Below are positions 12,501-22,869 of a stretch of DNA of 24,501 nucleotides, piece after piece; within the stretch, counting starts at the first letter, position 1, and each line of letters starts with the position of its first letter. This stretch comes from Macrostomum lignano (lineage: Eukaryota), in NCBI GenBank assembly GCA_002269645.1, contig NIVC01005157.1, positions 1 through 24,501 on the forward strand, written 5' to 3'. The translations under genes were made by a program, and so were the position numbers. Below the pieces are notes generated by a model. It had not been told where the DNA came from and searched no databases. It worked only from the letters and a program-made list of their open reading frames with translations.

Positions 12501-15500
12501 CATGAGGCTTCTAGGATTGTTTACATGACGATTCTAGGATTGTTTACATGACGCTTCTATGATTGTTTCATGACGCTTCTATGATTGTTTACATGACGCT
12601 TCTATGATTGTTTACATGACGCTTCTATGATTTTTACATGACGCTTCTATGATTGTTTATGACGCTTCTATGATTGTTTACATGACGCTTTTATGATTTT
12701 TACATGACGCTTCTATGATTGTTTATATGACGCTTCTATGATTGTTTACATGACGCTTCTATGATTGTTTCATGACGCTTCTATGATTTTTACATGACGC
12801 TTCTATGATTTTTACATGACGCTTCTATGATTGTTTCATGACGCTTCTATGATTGTTTACATCACGCTTTTATGATTTTTACATGACGCTTCTATGATTG
12901 TTTATATGACGCTTCTATGATTGTTTACATGACGCTTTTATGATTGTTTACATGACGCTTCTATGATTTTTACATGACGCTTCTATGATTGTTTACATGA
13001 CGCTTCTATGATTTTTTACATGAAGCTTCTATGATTTTTTACATGACGCTTCTATGATTTTTATATAACGCTTCTACGATTTTTTACATGTCGCTTCTAT
13101 GATTGTTTACATGATGCTTCTATGATTTTTTGCATGACGCTTCTATGATTGTTTCATGACGCTTCTATGATTTTTACATGACGCTTTTATGATTGTTTAC
13201 ATTCTTCTATGCTTGTTTACATGACGCTTCTATGATTGTTTAAATGACGCTTGAATGATTGTTTACATGACGCTTGAATGATTGTTTACATGACGCTTTT
13301 ATGATTTTTACATGGCGCTTCTATGATTGTTTACATGACGCTTCTAGGATTGTTTACATGACGCTTCTATGATTGTTTACATGACGCTTCTATGATTGTT
13401 TCATGACGCTTCTATGATTGTTTACATGACGCTTCTACGATTTTGGCAGGACGATTCTATGATTTTACATGACGCTTCTATGATTTTTACATGAGGCTTT
13501 TATGATTTTTACATGGCGCTTCTATGATTGTTTACATGGCGCTTCTATGATTGTTTACATGACGCTTCTAGGATTGTTTACATGACGATTCTAGGATTGT
13601 TTACATGACGCTTCTATGATTGTTTACATGACGCTTCTATGATTTTTACATGACGCTTCTATGATTGTTTACATGACGCTTCAAGATTTTTACATGACGC
13701 TTCTACGATTTTTACATGACGCTTCTATGATTTTTACATGACGCTTCTATGATTTTTACATGACGCTTCTATGATTTTTACATGACGCTTCTATGATTGT
13801 TTACATGACGCTTCTAGATTGTTTACATGACGCTTCTATGATTGTTTACATGACGCTTCTATGATTGTTTACATGACGCTTCTATGATTTTTACATGACG
13901 CTTCTATGATTTTTACATGACGCTTCTATGATTTTTTACATGACGCTTCTACGATTTTGACAGGACGATTCTATGATTTTACATGACGCTTCTATGATTG
14001 TTTACATGACGCTTCTATGATTTTTACATGACGCTTCTATGATTTTTACATGACGCTTCTATGATTGTTTATGACGCTTCTATGATTTTTACATGACGCT
14101 TCTATGATTTTTACATGACGCTTCTATGATTGTTTACATGACGCTTCTATGATTTTTACATGACGCTTCTATGATTGTTTACATGACGCTTCTAAGATTT
14201 TTACATGACGCTTCTACGATTTTTACATGACGCTTCTATGATTTTTACATGACGCTTCTATGATTTTTACATGACGCTTCTATGATTTTTACATGACGCT
14301 TCTATGATTGTTTACATGACGCTTCTATGATTGTTTACATGACGCTTCTATGATTGTTTACATGACGCTTCTATGATTGTTTATGACGCTTCTATGATTG
14401 TTTACATGACGCTTCTATGATTGTTTACATGACGCTTCTATGATTGTTTACATGACGCTTCTATGATTGTTTCATGACGCTTCTATGATTGTTTACATGA
14501 CGCTTCTATGATTTTTACATGACGCTTCTATGATTGTTTATATGACGCTTCTATGATTGTTTACATGACGCTTCTATGATTGTTTCATGACGCTTCTATG
14601 ATTTTTACATGACGCTTCTATGATTTTTACATGACGCTTCTATGATTGTTTACATGACGCTTCTATGATTGTTTACATGACGCTTCTATGATTTTTACAT
14701 GACGCTTCTATGATTGTTTCATGACGCTTCTATGATTGTTTACATGACGCTTCTATGATTGTTTACATGACGCTTCTATGATTGTTTACATGACGCTTCT
14801 ATGATTGTTTACATGACGCTTCTATGATTTTTACATGACGCTTCTATGATTTTTACATGACGCTTCTATGATTTTTACATGACGCTTCTATGATTTTTAC
14901 ATGACGCTTCTATGATTTTTACATGACGCTTCTATGATTTTTTACATGACGCTTCTATGATTTTTACATGACGCTTCTATGATTTTTACATGACGCTTCT
15001 ATGATTTTTCATGACGCTTCTATGATTTTTACATGACGCTTCTATGATTGTTTATATGACGCTTCTATGATTGTTTACATGACGCTTCTATGATTGTTTC
15101 ATGACGCTTCTATGATTTTTACATGACGCTTCTATGATTTTTACATGACGCTTCTATGATTGTTTACATGACGCTTCTATGATTGTTTACATGACGCTTC
15201 TATGATTTTTACATGACGCTTCTATGATTTTTACATGACGCTTCTATGATTGTTTACATGACGCTTCTATGATTTTTACATGACGCTTCTATGATTTTTA
15301 CATGACGCTTCTATGATTTTTACATGACGCTTTATGATTTTTACATGACGCTTCTATGATTGTTTACATGACGCTTCTATGATTTTTACATGACGCTTCT
15401 ATGATTTTTACATGACGCTTCTATGATTGTTTACATGACGCTTCTATGATTGTTTACATGACGCTTCTATGATTGTTTACATGACGCTTCTATGATTGTT

Positions 15501-18484
15501 TACATGACGCTTCTAGATTGTTTACATGACGCTTCTATGATTTTTACATGACGCTTCTATGATTGTTTACATGACGCTTCTATGATTGTTTACATGACGC
15601 TTCTATGATTTTTACATGACGCTTCTATGATTTTACATGACGCTTCTATGATTTTTACATGACGCTTCTATGATTTTTACATGACGCTTCTATGATTGTT
15701 TACATGACGCTTCTATGATTGTTTACATGACGCTTCTATGATTGTTTACATGACGCTTCTATGATTGTTTACATGACGCTTCTATGATTGTTTACATGAC
15801 GCTTCTATGATTGTTTACATGACGCTTCTATGATTGTTTACATGACGCTTCTATGATTTTTACATGACGCTTCTATGATTCTTTACATGACGCTTCTATG
15901 ATTTTTACATGACGCTTCTATGATTTTTACATGACGCTTCTATGATTGTTTACATGACGCTTCTATGATTTTTACATGACGCTTCTATGATTGTTTACAT
16001 GACGCTTCTATGATTTTTACATGACGCTTCTATGATTGTTTACATGACGCTTCTATGATTGTTTACATGACGCTTCTATGATTTTTACATGACGCTTCTA
16101 TGATTTTTACATGACGCTTCTATGATTTTTACATGACGCTTCTATGATTTTTACATGACGCTTCTATGATTTTTACATGACGCTTCTATGATTTTTTACA
16201 TGACGCTTCTATGATTTTTACATGACGCTTCTATGATTGTTTCATGACGCTTCTATGATTGTTTACATGACGCTTCTATGATTTTTACATGACGCTTCTA
16301 TGATTGTTTCATGACGCTTCTATGATTGTTTACATGACGCTTCTATGATTGTTTACATGACGCTTCTATGATTTTTACATGACGCTTCTATGATTGTTTA
16401 CATGACGCTTCTATGATTGTTTACATGACGCTTCTATGATTTTTACATGACGCTTCTATGATTTTTACATGACGCTTCTATGATTTTTACATGACGCTTC
16501 TATGATTGTTTACATGACGCTTCTATGATTTTTACATGACGCTTCTATGATTTTTACATGACGCTTCTATGATTGTTTACATGACGCTTCTATGATTGTT
16601 TACATGACGCTTCTATGATTTTTACATGACGCTTCTATGATTGTTTACATGACGCTTCTATGATTGTTTCATGACGCTTCTATGATTTTTACATGACGCT
16701 TCTATGATTGTTTCATGACGCTTCTATGATTTTTACATGACGCTTCTATGACATGACGCTTCTATGATTTTTACATGACGCTTCTATGATTTATGATTTA
16801 CATGACGCTTCTATGATTGTTTCGCTTCTATGACATGACGCTTCTATGATTGTTTACATGACGCTTCTATGATTTTAACATGACGCTTCTATGATTGTTT
16901 CATGACGCTTCTATGATTGTTTACATGACGCTTCTATGATTTTTACATGACGCTTCTATGATTGTTTATATGACATGACGCTTCTATGATTGTTTCATGA
17001 CGCTTCTATGATTTTTACATGACGCTTCTATGATTTTTACATGACGCTTCTATGATTGTTTACATGACGCTTCTATGATTTTTACATGACGCTTCTATGA
17101 TTTTTACATGACGCTTCTATGATTTTTACATGACGCTTCTATGATTGTTTACATGACGCTTCTATGATTTTTACACGACGCTTCTATGATTGTTTACATG
17201 ACGCTTCTATGATTGTTTACATGACGCTTCTATGATTGTTTCATGACGCTTTTATGATTTTTACATGACGCTTCTATGATTTTTACATGACGCTTCTATG
17301 ATTGTTTCATGACGCTTCTATGATTTTTACATGACGCTTCTATGATTGTTTCATGACGCTTCTATGATTGTTTACATGACGCTTCTATGATTGTTTACAT
17401 GACGCTTCTATGATTTTTACATGACGCTTCTATGATTGTTTCATGACGCTTCTATGATTGTTTACATGACGCTTCTATGATTTTTACATGACGCTTCTAT
17501 GATTGTTTCATGACGCTTCTATGATTGTTTACATGACGCTTCTATGATTTTTACATGACGCTTCTATGATTGTTTATATGACGCTTCTATGATTGTTTAC
17601 ATGACGCTTCTATGATTGTTTCATGACGCTTCTATGATTTTTACATGACGCTTCTATGATTTTTACATGACGCTTCTATGATTGTTTACATGACGCTTCT
17701 ATGATTTTTTCTTGACGCTTCTATGATTTTTACATGACGCTTCTATGATTTTTACATGACGCTTCTATGATTTTTACATGACGCTTCTATGATTTTTACA
17801 TGACGCTTCTATGATTTTTACACGACGCTTCTATGATTGTTTACATGACGCTTCTATGATTGTGTACATGACGCTTCTATGATTTTTACATGACGCTTCT
17901 ATGATTGTTTCATGACGCTTCTATGATTGTTTACATGACGCTTCTATGATTTTTACATGACGCTTCTTTGATTGTTTCATGACGCTTGTATGATTGTTTA
18001 CATGACGCTTCTATGATTGTTTATATGACGCTTCTATGATTGTTTACATGACGCTTCTATGATTGTTTCATGACGCTTCTATGATTTTTACATGACGCTT
18101 CTATGATTGTTTACATGACGCTTCTATGATTGTTTACATGACGCTTCTATGATTTTTTCTTGACGCTTCTATGATTTTTACATGACGCTTCTATGATTTT
18201 TACATGACGCTTCTATGATTTTTACATGACGCTTCTATGATTTTTTACATGACGCTTCTATGATTTTTACACGACGCTTCTATGATTGTTTACATGACGC
18301 TTCTATGATTGTTTACATGACGCTTCTATGATTTTTACATGACGCTTCTATGATTGTTTCATGACGCTTCTATGATTGTTTACATGACGCTTCTATGATT
18401 TTTACATGACGCTTCTATGATTGTTTATATGACGCTTCTATGATTGTTTACATGACGCTTCTATGATTTTTACAGGACGCTTCT
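6597..18484. repeat. 22/23-bp satellite array (in unit A2), ~11.9 kb, roughly 520-530 monomers
   Basis: Same monomer and same flanking junction sequences as the A1 array; contains higher-order structure. Confidence 0.99.
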
Positions 18485-18529
18485 TTTTAAAAAGTCTTTT
18501 AGTTTTCCTGACGTTGAAAAGCTTTAATT

Positions 18530-18611
18530 AAAAAAATTGTACTCTATGAAAATTCGAACCATCGTCTCTGCATTTAGCAGTTCAGTTTGTTCACCTCTAG
18601 GCTAGTTCTTA
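18530..18611 (-). pseudogene. Degenerate tRNA-like Pol III cassette
   Basis: Same cassette; B box at 18551-18560, A box ending at 18604, T7 at 18530-18536. Confidence 0.5.
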
Positions 18612-19038
18612 TCGTTTTGATAACATCAAATTTTGCACTTATATAATTCAACACTTTAAAATCCAAGCAGTTATGACATAATCAATATCCAGTCAGTCAG
18701 TATCAGTTAACAATATGGTTACGCAATCTAAATCAAGTCTGGTGCTACGCTTCCACACTGCATTTTCAATTCAAGTCGGAGTTACAATTCAGTTATGACA
18801 CAATCTATTTCGGAATCAGAATTCAACCAGTCAGTTTTTTCTCTAGCATTCTTACAATGCATTTCAAGTCGAAAAGTTTGCTTGACCTTTGCAAAAAAGC
18901 ATGTTTTTCGAATATTTAATGCCTTTAGCATCAAGCAATTTCTTAGCCACGATGCATGTACAGTCACGGGAAAATTTCTGATCGAACAGTGCAAGTCTCA
19001 TGAAAATCGGTTAAGCCATTTTTTTCTCTAATCGATTA

Positions 19039-19062
19039 CAAGCAAGCAAGCAAGCAAGCAAG
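19039..19062. repeat. (CAAG)6 microsatellite near the 5' end of A2
   Basis: Six perfect CAAG copies. Confidence 0.95.
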
Positions 19063-19611
19063 ATTTTCATTTTTAGTATATAGGACTAGCCATTTAGCCC
19101 CCCTCTGGGGAGCCTTGAAAATGACACCAATTGGTTTTTATTTTGGCACAACAGCAACCTTACTATAATTATCCAAAATGTTGATTTTCATTAATCAAAA
19201 ATTACCTTTTCTCCCGTTTGAAAAAATAAGTTGCCATGAATCAGAACTTTCATTAGCCAAAAAGTTTCCTTCATCAGCCCAAAACCCTTTCTCAATCAGC
19301 AAATAGTGCTTATCCGTTCAAGCACAAACTCTTAGTGAATATCGTCACTGGCCGGGGCATATTCTGATCCGCAGCAGGAGCTCAAAATGCAAATCCCTGA
19401 CGGCCTTAGACCCTCTCTGTTTATTAGCCTAAATCAAAGAATCAAACCTTTAATAAATGCGCTGGTATTTCCTATTAGCAGAAATCAGCATCACTTGTGT
19501 GTACTATTTCATTATCTGAATTACATGTGCTACTTGAGCCGTACTACCCGACTATCTGACAATCGCCCAATAACCTAGTAACCCCCCCCCCCAAAATTCA
19601 GCCATCGTCCA

Positions 19612-19990
19612 TGAGCCTTGACATATCAGCTATTCCCCAGTAAGCCTTGGCATATCAGCAATTCCCCCAGTAAGCCTTGAGATCTCAGCAATTGCCCCAG
19701 TAAGCCTTGACATATCAGAAATTCCCCCAGTAGCAATTCCCTTAGTAAGCCTTGAGATCTCAGAAATTCCCCCGATAAGCTCTGAGATCTCAGCAATTGC
19801 TCCCGGTAAGCCTCGACATCTCAGCAATTCCCCCAGTAAGCCTTGACATCTCAGCAGTTATCCTATTAAGCCTCGACATCACAGCAATTAAACTCGAGCC
19901 TTGACATCACGCAATTCTCCCAGCGCAGTAAGCCTTGACATACCAACAACCCAACTCCCTTTTCCCAAGAATTCAGCAATACCCTTATAA
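19612..19990. repeat. 30-bp minisatellite (TAAGCCTTGACATCTCAGCAATTCCCCCAG), ~12 copies, decaying further to ~20600
   Basis: TAAGCC at 19641, 19671, 19701, 19746, 19776, 19807, 19837 and 19867. Degenerate copies also occur in the A units (e.g. 1815-1900, 6025-6115). Confidence 0.9.
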
Positions 19991-20786
19991 GCCTTGATAA
20001 CTCAGCAATTTCTTTATGACCTTTGTCAACAGAGCGATTCCACAATGAACTTTGATTATATCTAAACAAGTCTTTAATTAATGGTCACCCTAACCCATAA
20101 GCGAGTCTTGGCGTGTTGGCAATTTCCACCATAAGCCTTGAGCCTCAGCATTAAAGTAACTTCCTCATAAATAAGCTTTGTAATCAGAATTTCACCGAAA
20201 GCCTTGACCTGTCAGCAATTCCCCGTAGTAGAGCCAAAGCATTTAAGTTTTCCCCCAAGAGCATTTAATCTTAGCAACTCCTCGATGGATAATTAATGAT
20301 TGTCACGACAATCGCTCTATAATTGAACCAAAACCATAACCCTTGTAGTAGAATTTCAGCAATTCCCCAATGAGCTTTGGAAATGTTAGCAATTTCCCCA
20401 TGAGCCTGAAAATTGAGTGACTAACCTTTTGATATCTTGGCACTTGCATTTCAACAATTTATTTCTTCAATTTCACAAATTAAACTTGAAATCAAAGCAA
20501 TCCTCCGCAGAATGACATAATTATAGCAATTCCCCCTGAGCCTTGAGATCTTATAAATTCTACCGTGAGTCTTGATATCACAGCAATTTCCCATACCAGC
20601 ATTATGCTCGTAGCAATAGTCTTAGCAGTCTTAACAGTCTAAGCAATTCCCGATGAGACTTTTACGTTCGACAGGGCGCTTCATTTATGATTGATATGAT
20701 GATTCTTGTTCGCTTTTTCTTGCGTTGCGTTTTCTTCTCTTTAAAAGTTTTTATTAAAAAAATTACAATATTTTACCATAGCTTTC

Positions 20787-21328
20787 CGCAGTTTAGCAAT
20801 GGTTCACCAGAATTTCAGCAATGGTTCACCAGCATTTCAGCAATTCTTCACCAGAAGTTTAGCAATGGTTCACCAGCATTTCAGCAATTCTTCACCAGCA
20901 GCTTAGCAATGCTTCACCAGAAGTTTAGCAATGCTTCACCAGCAGTTTGCATTAGCTATGGTTCACCAGCATTTCAGCAATGGTTCACCAGCAGTTGAGC
21001 AATGCTTCACCAGCAGTTTAGCAATAGTTCACCAGAATTTCAGCAATGGTTCACCAGCAGTTTAGCAATGCTTCACCAGCATTTCAGCAATGGTTCACCA
21101 GCATTTCAGCAATGATTTACCAGCATTTCAGCAATGGTTCACCAGCAGTTTAGCAATGCTTCACCAGCAGTTTGCATTAGCTATGGTTCACCAGCATTTC
21201 AGCAATGCTTCACCAGTAGTTTAACAATGCTTCACCAGCAGTTTAGCAATGGTTCACCAGCAGTTTAGCACTGCTTCACCAGCAGTTTAAAAATGCTTCA
21301 CGAGCAGTTTAGCAATGATTCACCAGCA
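20787..21328. repeat. 22-bp minisatellite (AATGGTTCACCAGCATTTCAGC / AATGCTTCACCAGCAGTTTAGC), ~24 copies
   Basis: Clear tandem periodicity of TTCACCAG. Confidence 0.95.
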
Positions 21329-22526
21329 CTGTTTTGCACAATCAGTGAGCAGATGGCCACTAATCTTTGCTTATTGCCATATTGCTTCTGGATAATCGAA
21401 ACCATATGAAATGTTTTGTCAACTTGCAGGTTAAAGTTGATATGTAATCCCCTTACATATTTATTATTTTATTTTATATATCAGATTAGCACTGCTCTCC
21501 CCGATTAGCGCTGCTCGTAAAGCTTAGCGTAGCCCAGCAAAAGTATCTACAAAATGAAAATGCTAAAAATTTGCATGAATCCTCATAGGAAACAATGATT
21601 ATTGTCACAAAGATAAATTCGCTGCTTCATTACAGACTCGAGCTGCCGACCTTCTGCTAAAAGCCTTATACTATTCAAGAAGTTTAGTAACTTCGGCAGT
21701 TACTAAAACTTCTAATTCAAGATTCAAGATTCAAACTAAATTCAAGAAGTTTAGTAACTTCGGCAGTTTAAAGTTAACCCCCCCCCCAGAAATCGGCAGT
21801 TATCTCTACAACATCCTGAAATTAGCTATCACTTCTAATCCCACATACAGACTGCAGTCATACTCTTAGCAGCCTGCAGATATCCACTGTGCCGTCTACA
21901 ACTTTCATTAACATCAGCAAACTACAATACTTCACTCAGCAGTCCGCAGTTATCCACTCAACAACTTGCACTTAATTCTTCACAGCTATTATCCACTTTA
22001 AACTCTGTAGATAGTTATCCCCTCAACAGTTTGCTGCTATGCACTCATAAGTGTGGAGGAACTACCTCAGCAGTTTGTTCCATTTTCCCTTTGCAGTCTG
22101 CATGAATGATCCCTTTGACAATCTGCAGTTCCCCTCAGCATCTTCTGTTTTCCTTTCCAATAATCTTCCACTCTTCCAATAATCTAAAAATGTGCTCAGC
22201 ATTTTACGGCTCACTAAACAATTTTCAGTACATATCGGCATTCTTAAAAAGCTCAAAATTTAGCAATACCTTTAAGCAATTTTAACAGCATGGTCTGCAG
22301 TTTAATAGCAATTTCATACTTTCATGGTGCGAGGCAGTACTCGTTGATGGGATCAGTAATACACGAAGCAGTTTTTTAAAATCAAATTTGATAAGTGGCT
22401 TGTGCCAAGTAGCAAAAATTATTTGCTAATTAATAAAAATGGTGCAATTAAAATTAATAAAAAATATGTTATATTTAATCGAGTCACAAGCCACAAATGA
22501 ATGAATTTACTTATTTTAATTATCCA

Positions 22527-22605
22527 CCGGGGAGGCGGACTCGAACCTTGGACCTTACGCCTAGCCTAAACCTAGTCCTAGTGCCTACACTGCGGCTATT
22601 CCGCC
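22527..22605 (-). pseudogene. Second, different tRNA-like/SINE-head-like Pol III cassette in unit B
   Basis: Minus strand: GGCGGAA-TAGCCGCAGTGTAGG ... AGGTCCAA-GGTTCGAGTCC-GCC. Perfect B box at 22537-22547; 5' GGCGGA is complementary to the downstream TCCGCC; A-to-B offset is 51 nt. Confidence 0.5.
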
Positions 22606-22869
22606 TACTGATGGAAGGGCGCAAAAATCAGACATATATGCTTCGGCACTGCAGTCAAATACATAGCAGTAATAGCCTGCTCAGTGTGCACAGTTTTGGT
22701 GCTGGTGCTGGCAGAGCCATTGCACAGTTAAGTAAATCTCTCAATTTCAATACTTTTAAAATGCAGTGCCTGATTTCTCTCTCCCTCCAGAGTGCCTGCG
22801 CAATGCTTGGCACACTGCCTCCTGCTGAAAAGCTCAGAGTCAGTTTATAGCGAGATTACGCAGTACGCA

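Larger units (their letters stand above)
5471..19085 (-). mobile_element. Non-autonomous Helitron-like unit A2 (complete, ~13.6 kb owing to satellite expansion)
   Basis: 5' end TCCTATATACTAAAAA at 19085; 3' hairpin GCTCCCC-AAC-GGGGGGC (5483-5499) plus CTAG (5471-5474). 5471-6600 is colinear with 1280-2410. Confidence 0.85.
18485..19085 (-). repeat. Conserved ~600-bp 5' block of subfamily A, copy 3
   Basis: Near-identical to copies 1 and 2 except for a 21-bp deletion at ~18669 and a different microsatellite. Confidence 0.95.

Noticed and set aside
1-18484. CRISPR array
   Set aside because: The repeats are contiguous with no unique spacers, no cas genes are present, and the context is eukaryotic.
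19630-19827. 65-aa ORF with GAIAEISRLT-like repeats
   Set aside because: The 10-aa periodicity is just the translation of the 30-bp minisatellite.
20687-20998. 103-aa ORF with QQWFTS repeats
   Set aside because: It is a read-through of the 22-bp minisatellite; the unit is not a multiple of 3 and the frame cycles.
21790-22080. TTATCCAC motifs resembling DnaA boxes
   Set aside because: They are part of a degenerate GCAGTTATCCACT repeat, are imperfect, and have no bacterial context.
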